Of a stretch of DNA of 64,000 bases, positions 17,796-26,490 are shown piece by piece (the first letter of the stretch is position 1; each line of letters begins with the position of its first letter). A program made the position numbers and the translations under genes. The notes under the pieces were generated by a model that was not told the origin of the DNA, did not search any database, and worked only from the letters and a program-made list of their open reading frames with translations. The stretch is from an uncultured bacterium (GTDB taxonomy: Bacteria > Joyebacterota > Joyebacteria > Joyebacterales > Joyebacteraceae): contig CAYNQF010000003.1 in assembly GCA_964399265.1 (NCBI GenBank), positions 3,104-67,103 of the forward strand. Direction: 5' to 3'.

Positions 17796-18348
17796 GCAGA
17801 GCCTTCCATTCGTGTTCAAGGATGGCGTAGAGGTGTGAGTCGCGCCAGTTGCCCCTGATGAGTGAGTCCTCACGGAAGTGCGCTTCTCTTCTCATGCCGG
17901 TCTTCTCGAGCACGCGCGCTGACGCGACGTTCTTCGTGTCGCATGTTGCTATGATGCGGTGTAGCCCGAGACGCTCGAATCCGAATCGAACCAGCGCCAA
18001 CGACGCCTCGGTGGCCAGGCCCAGTCCCCAGTGGTCGCGCCGCAGGCAGTAACCCATGTCGGCGCGCAGGTCCGAGGGGGCGGATACCCGGATGCCGCAG
18101 CCTCCGATCAGCTCACCGCCGTCCGCGAGCGTGACGGCCAGTTCGAAGGCCGTCCGTGGCGACTGCGCCTGAGCGATCAGAGAGCGTTCCATGAATGCGC
18201 ACGTGTCCCCGAGCGTGTTAGGCCCCCACGGCATGAACCGCACGACCTCAGGGTCGGAGCCGTACCTGTGCACGGCGTCCACATCCTCGCGCACGAAGTC
18301 CCGGAGCACCAGGCGTTCTGTCGTTATCGGGAGCAGAGTCTCAGGCAT
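17782..18348 (-). CDS. GNAT family N-acetyltransferase (RimJ/RimL-like)
   Basis: TERLVLRDFVREDVDAV..., then the acetyl-CoA binding region (LGLHRIIATCDTKNVASARVLEKTGM). Confidence 0.8.
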   Translation of the reverse strand: MPETLLPITTERLVLRDFVREDVDAVHRYGSDPEVVRFMPWGPNTLGDTCAFMERSLIAQAQSPRTAFELAVTLADGGELIGGCGIRVSAPSDLRADMGYCLRRDHWGLGLATEASLALVRFGFERLGLHRIIATCDTKNVASARVLEKTGMRREAHFREDSLIRGNWRDSHLYAILEHEWKALHGDT

Positions 18349-18405
18349 TCCTCATCCGTCCTTGGCAGGTCGGCCTCTCAGGCGTCGCTTCCTCTCCTCC
18401 ACCGG

Positions 18406-19173
18406 TCAGATCCTCAGGCACGCCTCGGCCGCGAGCCACAGGAGCTCCTCGCGAATGTTGCCGTGCTTCTGCCAGCGGCGATGGTCCCACTCGTCTCCGC
18501 TCACGTCGTCCCCGCCGTAGAGAATCTGGCCGAACGGCACTCCTCTGAACCGGGCGACGGCGAAGAACGCGGCGGCCTCCATCTCAACCGCGATGCAACC
18601 CTCTTCCCTCCTGCGCCTGACCTTGTCCCTCGTCTCACGGTAGATGGCGTCGGTCGTCCACACCTTGCCCTGCAGGTAGTCGACACCGTGCTCGGTGAGC
18701 GTCGACTCGATGGCTGCGACCGCCTCGGGCGACGGTTCGACCTCGCGACTTGGCGGCAGGTAGTGGTACGAGGTGCCTTCGTCGCGCACGGCGGACGTGG
18801 GCACGATCACCCTGCCGACGCGAATGTCGGGAAGAAGGACTCCCGCGCCGCCGCACGCCACGAACTTGCGGCAGCCGAGGCATATGACCTCCTCGAGCAT
18901 CGCGGCCGCGAAAGGGGCCGTGAGTCCGGGCTGGAAGACGGCGAGCCGGCGACCGTCGATGTCCATCTCGTACAGGGGATGGCGGCCCATCTCTGAGCCA
19001 AGAGCGGCGATCTCGGTCACGCGTCCCTCGTCCTTCAGCCTGTCGATGACGTCCTGGAAGAAGCACGGCACGCAGTGCTCGGGCGCGTCGATCGGCTTGA
19101 TGTGACAGGACGGCTCGATGACCGCCGTGGGCGACGGGTCGTGCTCCAGTATCGGGATCTCGTGCTCTCGCAT
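18406..19173 (-). CDS. Nucleoside phosphorylase (PNP/UDP family 1)
   Basis: EMEAAAFF motif and a GD.V.G.. phosphate-binding region. Start at ATG 19173 with AAAGAGG RBS. The upstream part of the ORF-track entry has no RBS. Confidence 0.75.
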   Translation of the reverse strand: MREHEIPILEHDPSPTAVIEPSCHIKPIDAPEHCVPCFFQDVIDRLKDEGRVTEIAALGSEMGRHPLYEMDIDGRRLAVFQPGLTAPFAAAMLEEVICLGCRKFVACGGAGVLLPDIRVGRVIVPTSAVRDEGTSYHYLPPSREVEPSPEAVAAIESTLTEHGVDYLQGKVWTTDAIYRETRDKVRRRREEGCIAVEMEAAAFFAVARFRGVPFGQILYGGDDVSGDEWDHRRWQKHGNIREELLWLAAEACLRI

Positions 19174-19449
19174 CTCGCCTGCCTCTTTCCAAGATTGAGA
19201 GAACATACCAGCGCCTGAGGACGGGCACAACCGGTTCGTCTGGCCCGGAGTGCCCTGGGTGGGGCCTGTCCGTTGTGCGGAGTCCTGAGCAATCTCAGAG
19301 ATGACGACGGTCGTGGCACGGAGCTTGCTTGATGGCGCTAGAGACCACGCGATACCTGTGCAGTATAGACATAGAGAATCCATCTTGATGATCTGCCCTC
19401 ATTTGTCCGTCGCCTGTGGGTGCCGGACGCGTACGTGGGAGGATGAGAA

Positions 19450-22113
19450 GTGAAGGGCCGGCAGGGCATACGCAGCATGGAGAACGAGATCATCCTGCTG
19501 TCGGTCGCCGCGGCGATGTTCGCGTGGGTCATGCAGTCGGCGCTGGACTTCTACTTCCACTACTGGGGTGGGACGTTTCCGGACGTGCTGCTGCTGAACA
19601 TTCCGCAGCGTGAGGTGTACAGCAGGGTCGTCATAACCGTCGGCTTCCTGCTCGCCGGCGTCATCATCTCCCGGATGGTGAGAAGGCTGGCGCAGACCGA
19701 AGCCAACCGCGCCAATCTGAACGATTGTCTCACTGCGATCAGGGCGGTGAACCAGACCATAACGAGGGTGCGCGACAGACACGCGGTCGTGGACAGGGTC
19801 TGCAAGCAGCTCGTGGAGCACAGGGGCTATGCCGCAGTCGACATCCGGCTGACCAAGTCGAGCGGCGGAGCGTGTGGGAGCGCGTCGAAGCAGCAGTGTT
19901 CTGAGGACACGGCCACCGTCGAGATCCCGCTGAGTTGCGGCGAGCACGTGTACGGCACTCTTGCCGCATCGCTGCCGGTCGGACTCGCGTCGGATTCGCA
20001 GGAGCGCGAGTTCCTCCAGGAGGTGGCGGAGGACCTCGCGTTCTCCGTTCGAAGCATCATCCTCGAGGAGGAGCGCTTCCGACACGAGGAGACGCAGCGC
20101 GCTCTGTATCAGGTGGCTGGGGCACTGAGTGAAGCGGCGGTACAGGGAGAGCTGCAGCCCGCGGTGCAGTATGGCCTCTCCGGCGTACTCGGAACGTCCG
20201 ACATCAGGCTGTGGGAGTACGACGCTCTCGCCGGAACGATCTCGCATCGTTGTCCCGTCGGCGAAGCCGCCGGCTCCGGCGGTTGCACGGTCGCGGCCGC
20301 GGGGACGCTCGAGGGGTGCGTGGCCGCGTCTGGTGTCACTCTTCGTGTGCGAAGAAGCCAGATGCAGCGGATGATGGAAGAGGGTCTCCTGTCTGAGCGC
20401 GACGAGCTTCCGGCCGTCTGGGCCGGTGTCCCGTACCGCGTTGGCGGCCAGGTCAGGGGCGTCGTGTCCGTGACACACCCCAAGGACGCCGGGGCGCTCA
20501 GCGACCAGGAGATGGAGGTCATCGAATTCGTCGCCGACCAGCTCGGGAAGACGCTCGAGCAGGAGCGCGCGGACTCGGAGGTGCGGGAGCAGCGCGAGCA
20601 GCTCCAGACGATACTCGATTCAGTGCCCGCGCAGATCTTCTACCGCGACTGCGACGGAAGACATCTGAGGGTGAACCGCGTCCTTGCCGAGATGCACGGG
20701 ATCCCGAAAGAGGACTGGGTGGGGAGGACGTTCGAGGAGGTGCTGCCCGGTCACGGCGACGGCAACCGGAGCGCCGACGACTTCGTGGTTCGAACCGGGC
20801 AGCCGAATCTCGGACGTCTGGAAGCGTCCGAGGTGGACGGCCACATGAGGTGGTTCGTTACCGACCGCATCCCCTACCTGAATAACGAGGGAGAGATCGT
20901 CGGTGTGATCGGCTTCTCCATGGACATCACCGACCGCAGGGAGGCGGAGGCGGCGCTCTCCGTCAAGGAAGAGGAGCTCAGGCAGTCTCAGAAGATGGAA
21001 GCCGTTGGATTGCTCGCAGGCGGGATCGCGCACGACTTCAACAATCTGCTGACCGCGATATCCGGCTACGCCGAGCTGTCACTTGGGGAGGTCGAGGGAA
21101 GGGAGACACTCGGAGAGAACCTCAAGAGCATTCAGAGTGCCGCCGCCAGGGCCGCGTGCCTCACGAGACAACTCCTCGCGTTCAGTCGACGCCAGCCGCT
21201 CCAGCTCTCTGTCCTCAACATCAACTCCGTCGTGACCGACGTTCGGAAGATGCTCGAGAGACTCATCGGCGAGGATATCGTGCTCTCGACCGATCTGGCA
21301 GAGGACCTTCCCTGCGTGAGCGCCGACCCGTCGCAGGTCGCACAGGCCGTTGTCAATCTCGCGGTCAACGCCCGCGACGCCATGCCGGAAGGTGGGGCGC
21401 TCACAATTTCCACGAAGAGGGTGTATCTGAGTGAGCGCGAGTGCGCCTCGGTTCCGCATTGGAGGCCCGGGACGTTCGCATGCATTTCGGTGAGCGACAA
21501 CGGCATCGGGATGGATGAGGACATGCTGAGTCACATATTCGAGCCGTTCTTCACGACGAAGGGCCCGCATGCCGGGACCGGCCTAGGGCTCGCGGTGATA
21601 TACGGAAGCGTCAAGCAGCACGGAGGCTGGATAGATGTGCACAGTGTTCCGAGGGAGGGGTCTACGTTCACCATCTATCTGCCCTCGACGGACGATGCCC
21701 CCGAAGAGACCCGCGACGATGAGCAGCATGTTGACGCGGTCGACTCGTGCGGCCGACGAATACTGGTCGTCGAGGATGAGGACCTGATCCGGCATCTCGC
21801 CGTCAAGGTCCTGACCAGACAGGGGTACACGATCGTGGAGGCCTCGTCCGCCGAAGAGGCGATGGAGCATCTGGAGGGCGACGGGGCGCCGTTCGACCTC
21901 ATCTTCACCGACGTCGTGTTGCCCGGGATGAGCGGCATGCAGCTGGCCGACGAGGTTCTCTCCCGTGACCCCGATTCGAAGATCCTGATGTGCAGCGGGT
22001 ACGCCGACCGAAGGTCCCAGTGGTCGCTCATAAGTGAGCGCGGCCTCCCGTTCCTCGATAAGCCCTACTCGGTCGCCGACCTCCTCAGGATAGTCGGCGG
22101 CATCATTCAGTGA
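19450..22113 (+). CDS. Hybrid sensor histidine kinase / response regulator with GAF and PAS domains
   Basis: GTG 19450 with GGGAGGA RBS. Two N-terminal TM helices. H-box (GIAHDFNNLL), HATPase (DNGIGMD...GTGLGL), and a C-terminal receiver (RILVVEDEDLIR...DLIFTDVVLPGMSG). Confidence 0.85.
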   Translation: MKGRQGIRSMENEIILLSVAAAMFAWVMQSALDFYFHYWGGTFPDVLLLNIPQREVYSRVVITVGFLLAGVIISRMVRRLAQTEANRANLNDCLTAIRAVNQTITRVRDRHAVVDRVCKQLVEHRGYAAVDIRLTKSSGGACGSASKQQCSEDTATVEIPLSCGEHVYGTLAASLPVGLASDSQEREFLQEVAEDLAFSVRSIILEEERFRHEETQRALYQVAGALSEAAVQGELQPAVQYGLSGVLGTSDIRLWEYDALAGTISHRCPVGEAAGSGGCTVAAAGTLEGCVAASGVTLRVRRSQMQRMMEEGLLSERDELPAVWAGVPYRVGGQVRGVVSVTHPKDAGALSDQEMEVIEFVADQLGKTLEQERADSEVREQREQLQTILDSVPAQIFYRDCDGRHLRVNRVLAEMHGIPKEDWVGRTFEEVLPGHGDGNRSADDFVVRTGQPNLGRLEASEVDGHMRWFVTDRIPYLNNEGEIVGVIGFSMDITDRREAEAALSVKEEELRQSQKMEAVGLLAGGIAHDFNNLLTAISGYAELSLGEVEGRETLGENLKSIQSAAARAACLTRQLLAFSRRQPLQLSVLNINSVVTDVRKMLERLIGEDIVLSTDLAEDLPCVSADPSQVAQAVVNLAVNARDAMPEGGALTISTKRVYLSERECASVPHWRPGTFACISVSDNGIGMDEDMLSHIFEPFFTTKGPHAGTGLGLAVIYGSVKQHGGWIDVHSVPREGSTFTIYLPSTDDAPEETRDDEQHVDAVDSCGRRILVVEDEDLIRHLAVKVLTRQGYTIVEASSAEEAMEHLEGDGAPFDLIFTDVVLPGMSGMQLADEVLSRDPDSKILMCSGYADRRSQWSLISERGLPFLDKPYSVADLLRIVGGIIQ

Positions 22114-22166
22114 CGCCGGCCTCGCCGCTCTGGCGAAGGCGCCCCACTTGTGGTTGAATCGTCCAC

Positions 22167-22655
22167 ATGGGCAAGCTCGTGGACATCCCTCGGGGACGTG
22201 TCGTTGTACTGGGAGTCGGCAACGTCCTGAAGGGCGACGACGCGGCCGGTCCTGCCGTGGCGGAGGCCCTGGCCAGGGAATTCCCCGGCAGGGCCTTCGA
22301 CGGTGGTCAGGCCCCGGAGAACTTCGCGGGCCCCGTGCGCAGGGCCGAGCCCGAGACGATCGTGATCGTGGACGCGGCCGACTTCGGCGGTGAGCCGGGT
22401 GAAGTGCGGGTCGCTTCCGCCGAGGATGTCGGCGGTCTCATGATGGGGACCCACGCGCCTCCGCTCTCGGTCTTCATGTCCATTCTGAAGGAAGAGACCG
22501 GGGCGGACGTCTACCTGCTCGCTGTCCAGGCGGCCTCCATGCGTCTGGGCGACATGATGAGCCCAGACGTGAGGACCGCGGTGGACGGCATCATTCTGGA
22601 GCTGACCGCGATCATGGGCGTGGGGTCGAAGATGCGGAGAGTTGAAGGCGCGTAG
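22167..22655 (+). CDS. Hydrogenase maturation endopeptidase (HycI/HyaD/HybD family)
   Basis: VVLGVGNVLKGDDAAG N-terminal motif typical of [NiFe]-hydrogenase large-subunit C-terminal processing proteases. Confidence 0.75.
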   Translation: MGKLVDIPRGRVVVLGVGNVLKGDDAAGPAVAEALAREFPGRAFDGGQAPENFAGPVRRAEPETIVIVDAADFGGEPGEVRVASAEDVGGLMMGTHAPPLSVFMSILKEETGADVYLLAVQAASMRLGDMMSPDVRTAVDGIILELTAIMGVGSKMRRVEGA

Positions 22656-22678
22656 GACTGAACGTACGGAGGACGGGA

Positions 22679-23185
22679 ATGAAGACTCGGACTGATGCCG
22701 CTTTGTTCCGTCGCAGGGGGTCGGGCGTGTTCGCGGCGCTCTTGGCGTGCGCGATCCTGCTCACCTCCTGCGCCAGCGTGGATCCGCCCAAGGTGATGAT
22801 CAAGAACGTCGAGATAGACGGATTGTCGTTCGACGGTGTCGAACTCGTGCTCAACGTGGAGGTGCGGAACCCCAACGGGTTCGGCGCGAACGTGGGGCGC
22901 CTGGAGTACGAGGTCGAGATAGACGGAGCGGAGATGGCCAACGGCCGGATGGCGGAGGAGGTCTTCGTGCCCGCGGGGGGCAGCGCCGAGGTCGCGGTGC
23001 CGTTCACGGTCACGTGGGAGGGGATAGGCAAGGGAGTCGACCGGTACCTGGACGGCGCAGAACACAACTGGAAGCTCTCCGGGAGCGTCCGCGTCAGCAA
23101 CGGGGCTCTCGCGAAGACGTTCGACTTCTCGGAGGAGGGGAGATTCCAGAGTCCCGACGCCGACGAGGTGGAGATGGATTTCTAG
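22679..23185 (+). CDS. LEA_2 (late embryogenesis abundant type 2 / WHy) family lipoprotein
   Basis: Lipobox LLTSCAS, and beta-sandwich LEA14-like repeats (VELVLNVEVRNPNGFGANVGRLEYEVEIDG). Confidence 0.65.
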   Translation: MKTRTDAALFRRRGSGVFAALLACAILLTSCASVDPPKVMIKNVEIDGLSFDGVELVLNVEVRNPNGFGANVGRLEYEVEIDGAEMANGRMAEEVFVPAGGSAEVAVPFTVTWEGIGKGVDRYLDGAEHNWKLSGSVRVSNGALAKTFDFSEEGRFQSPDADEVEMDF

Positions 23186-23194
23186 ACCCGCTGC

Positions 23195-24493
23195 ATGGGG
23201 GATTGGCAGGACATCCGGGAGGCAGATATCAAGGGGAAGTATACGCCGAAGGACGAGCGGGCCATCCTGGTCGGGGTGAGCCTTCCCGATACCACGGTAG
23301 ACGACGAGCACGAGTCCTTGGATGAACTGGCGCAGCTGGCGCGCACCGCCGGCGCGACGGTGGTCGACAGGTTCGTTCAGAACAGGACCCGCATAGACGG
23401 GAAGACCTACATCGGAAGCGGTATGGTCGAGCGCATCACGAGGGCGGCGGCAATGCACGACGCCAACCTCATCGTGTTCGACGACGACCTGAGGCCGGCG
23501 CAGGCCCGAGAGGTAGAGAAGGCCACCGAGATCAAGGTCATCGACCGAACGGAACTGATCCTCGACATCTTCGCCAGACGGGCGCAGACCAAGGTGGCCA
23601 GGGCGCAGGTCGAACTTGCGCAGTGTGAGTACGAACTCCCGAGGCTGCGCCGGCTGTGGGACCACCTGGAGAGGTTGGGCGGCGGCATCGGGACGAGAGG
23701 TCCGGGCGAGACCCAGCTCGAGAGCGACCGCCGGGCCGTGCATGAGAGGATCCGCATCCTCAAGAAGACGCTCAAGGGCGTGGAGGTCGACCGGGCGGTC
23801 CAGCGCAAGCGGCGCGAGGCGACGACGCGCGTCGCGCTCGTTGGGTATACGAACGCGGGCAAGTCGACGCTCATGAACGCGCTGAGCGGAGCGGACGTGT
23901 TCACCGAGGATCTGCTCTTCGCTACGCTCGACGCCACTACGAGACGAATCGAGCTGCCGGGCGGCCACGAGGCGCTTCTGACCGACACGGTGGGGCTCAT
24001 CAAGAAGCTGCCGCATCACCTCGTCGTCAGTTTCCATGCCACCCTCGATGAGGTCGCCGAGGCCGACCTGCTTCTGCACGTCGTGGACGCGTCGCGCGAG
24101 CACTGCGAGCGCTACCTCGAGCTGGCCGAAGAGGTCCTCAGTGACATCGGGGCGTCGGAGATCTCCACCCGCATCGTCTTCAATAAGGTTGACAGGCTCA
24201 GGTCCGGCGACGAGCGCGAGAGTCTCGAGGCGAGATACCCCGGCGCGATCTTCACGAGCGCGACCGAGGCGTGGGGGCTCGACGAGGTGCTGCGGGCGAT
24301 GACCGCGTTCGTTGAGAGCCGCGAAGAGCTGGTCGACCTGGCCATCCCCGTCGCGGACGGCAGGTCCGTCGCGTTCGTCCACGCGCACGGAGAGGTCCTG
24401 TCGCGCAGCGACGGCGATGAGTTCGTGGAGATGAAGGTAAGGATGCCGCGGCCCGAGGCGGCGCGCATGCGAAAGCTAGGGTTCGTGCGCTGA
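23195..24493 (+). CDS. hflX: GTPase HflX
   Basis: HflX N-domain, G1 (GYTNAGKSTL), DTVGLI, and NKVD motifs. Confidence 0.9.
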   Translation: MGDWQDIREADIKGKYTPKDERAILVGVSLPDTTVDDEHESLDELAQLARTAGATVVDRFVQNRTRIDGKTYIGSGMVERITRAAAMHDANLIVFDDDLRPAQAREVEKATEIKVIDRTELILDIFARRAQTKVARAQVELAQCEYELPRLRRLWDHLERLGGGIGTRGPGETQLESDRRAVHERIRILKKTLKGVEVDRAVQRKRREATTRVALVGYTNAGKSTLMNALSGADVFTEDLLFATLDATTRRIELPGGHEALLTDTVGLIKKLPHHLVVSFHATLDEVAEADLLLHVVDASREHCERYLELAEEVLSDIGASEISTRIVFNKVDRLRSGDERESLEARYPGAIFTSATEAWGLDEVLRAMTAFVESREELVDLAIPVADGRSVAFVHAHGEVLSRSDGDEFVEMKVRMPRPEAARMRKLGFVR

Positions 24494-24551
24494 GGCGGCC
24501 GGCAGGCGTTCGACGGAGCGTCTCCGTTACCAGAGGGCGGGCGCCATCGGT

Positions 24552-24598
24552 GCGCCGGTGCGACCACGGTGTCTCTCTCGGTGCTGTCGCACCGGCGC
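24552..24598. terminator. Bidirectional terminator hairpin between hflX and the convergent T9SS-cargo gene
   Basis: Perfect 13-bp stem (GCGCCGGTGCGAC / GTCGCACCGGCGC) with a 21-nt loop. Confidence 0.45.
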
Positions 24599-24631
24599 AT
24601 ACATTCCCGGGAAGGCGATGCTGGGACGCCG

Positions 24632-26188
24632 CTAGTGGAGCACCACGACCCTGCGCGTCACCGTCTCGCCTCCTGCCATGAGCTTCACGAAATAGACCCC
24701 GGTCGGGACCTCTTCGCCGCTCCACTCGCTTTCATGCCGGCCCGGGCCCATCTCCTCGTTGATGAGCGTCGACATCTTCCTGCCGTTCGCGTCGTAGACC
24801 GCAAGATTGACGTGACCGGCCTGCGCGAGTTCGAAGGCCAGACGGACGCTCGTCTGCGTCGGATTCGGCGACGGCGGCATGAGTGCGATCGTGCGCCACG
24901 AGTCGCTCGGACTCGACTCGCCGACGCCTTCGGATCTCTCGGGTACCGGCCTGAGCGGCCTCCTCGGCCTCGGGCCGATGCTTCCGTTCCAGAGCCTGCT
25001 CCTGTGGCGGATGACCGCTGCCGCGGCGTTGGCGAGGAGTCCATCCAGCTTGTCGCCGCACACGTATGCTGCGTCGACGAACACCGACTCTCCGGGTTCG
25101 AGCGTTCCGAACGGTCCAACGGACATCATGAAGCGGCAGTCGGATGGCGTCGTGACGCCGGGGTCGATGATGCCGCTCCTGAGCATTCGGTATCTCTCGC
25201 GATCGTTGTCGGGATCGAGCGCGCCGTCCGACCAGATGCGGCACGCCGCCACGTCGGGCGGCGGAGACCCGGTGGCGCTGTGGTCGAGCAGGGCGATGCC
25301 GAACCATCCGTTCCAATCGCCGTCCGGCCCTCCGGGGGCGTCATGGGCGTGAGCGATCTTGACGCTCACCTGCTGCGACGACGAGTTCACTGGAACCGTA
25401 GCGTCGGCGAAACCGGACAGATCGTCCAGGTAATAGCCGTCGCTCGCCGCTCTGCCGATGTCGGGGTCGCACATGAGACCGACGTAAACGTCGTCGAGTG
25501 TCGCCTCTCCTATGTTGGTGATCTCGTAGCGGACGCCGACGAAGTTCTCGGCCGGACCCTCGCCCCACGCGAAGGACTGCACGTAGGCCTCGAGGCCCAT
25601 CGGAGAGGGCAGGTCCTGCGGATTGGGGTACTGGATCGTTACGGTGTCGAAGCACACGTATGTGAACATCTGCTCCGAGATCGCCGCGTAGTCCTCGTCG
25701 ATCAGGCCGTCCATGTCGTTGTCGAGGCCGTCGAGACGGTCCTCGTCCACACTGCCGTCGCCGTCGTCGTCGTAGTCCTTGATCCCGCCGGGGGCGCCCG
25801 CGTAGCTAGCATAGATCCTGTACGTCGAGTCGGCCCGCGGAGGGCTGAACTCCATCGCGAGAGCAGACGTCGACACCAGCGTGTCGCCGGCCGACCTGGC
25901 TCCGACCCAGAAGCCTCCGGCGAACAGGTGCTCGTAGCCGCTCGCGTACGGCCACTCACAGGACGGATCGCTCGAGGTTGCGTAGGTTCCGAAGAACCCC
26001 AGGTTGCACGTGTGAAGCCAGATGGCCCCCTCGTCGTGCCACCAGCCGTAGAAGTCGATGTCGCGGTCCGAGGCGCCGCGTGCGGCGTCCGGGAGAAAGG
26101 CCACAGCGTTGGGGGCTGCGAGGGCGAGGAGTACCGAAACGACGAAGACAACCACCACGGGTCTGCAGAGGCGGTCCGCGGACTTCAT
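24632..26188 (-). CDS. Secreted acidic (D-rich, Ca-binding-like) protein with a T9SS-type C-terminal sorting domain
   Basis: Signal peptide (MKSADRLCRPVVVVFVVSVLLALAAPNAVA). Asp-rich DYDDDGDGSVDEDRLDGLDNDMDG repeat. C-terminal ~80 aa match Por_Secre_tail-like (PNPTQTSVRLAFEL...VNLAVYDANGRKMSTL...SGEEVPTGVYFVKLMAG...RRVVVLH). Confidence 0.7.
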   Translation of the reverse strand: MKSADRLCRPVVVVFVVSVLLALAAPNAVAFLPDAARGASDRDIDFYGWWHDEGAIWLHTCNLGFFGTYATSSDPSCEWPYASGYEHLFAGGFWVGARSAGDTLVSTSALAMEFSPPRADSTYRIYASYAGAPGGIKDYDDDGDGSVDEDRLDGLDNDMDGLIDEDYAAISEQMFTYVCFDTVTIQYPNPQDLPSPMGLEAYVQSFAWGEGPAENFVGVRYEITNIGEATLDDVYVGLMCDPDIGRAASDGYYLDDLSGFADATVPVNSSSQQVSVKIAHAHDAPGGPDGDWNGWFGIALLDHSATGSPPPDVAACRIWSDGALDPDNDRERYRMLRSGIIDPGVTTPSDCRFMMSVGPFGTLEPGESVFVDAAYVCGDKLDGLLANAAAAVIRHRSRLWNGSIGPRPRRPLRPVPERSEGVGESSPSDSWRTIALMPPSPNPTQTSVRLAFELAQAGHVNLAVYDANGRKMSTLINEEMGPGRHESEWSGEEVPTGVYFVKLMAGGETVTRRVVVLH

Positions 26189-26490
26189 GGTCTGTCCCTT
26201 CCAGGGGGTCTTGCGGCAGTTCATCGGAGGAGGGGGTGAGGAGGACAATTCCATTGTTCGCTCCGAGCCGGCGTCCAGTCAAGGGGTTTCTGACGACCAT
26301 TTGGCTTGCAGCGCCTCAGGCGCCGGGGGGCATCTCCGCTCCTTGACTTTACACCCACTTCGGCCGGTGTTATCCTAGATTGCTCAATCGGCCCCGTGGG
26401 TGGGCCGATTCGGCACGTTTCCCCTTTGGATACAGGTGTCCTTTATCGGACGAGGCCGGTCGGCCCCAGACGAACGGAGGAAAGCACCAG

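Noticed and set aside
19174-19449. Possible tRNA or small RNA in the 275-nt gap between the nucleoside phosphorylase and the sensor kinase
   Set aside because: No T-loop (GGTTCGAATCC-like) or cloverleaf arms found. Most likely just a divergent promoter region.
22511-24388. 625-aa minus-strand ORF covering hflX
   Set aside because: hflX on the plus strand has all GTPase motifs. The antisense ORF is R/H/P-rich with no motifs.
24569-26239. 556-aa plus-strand ORF opposite the T9SS cargo gene
   Set aside because: The minus-strand gene has a signal peptide, an Asp-rich repeat and a T9SS CTD. The plus-strand ORF is R/H-rich antisense noise.
26255-26490. Structured 5' leader or riboswitch ahead of transketolase (9-bp perfect hairpin AATCGGCCC/GGGCCGATT at about 26385-26409)
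   Set aside because: A single hairpin with no recognisable riboswitch consensus (TPP, SAM and so on). Kept as unexplained, not reported as a feature.
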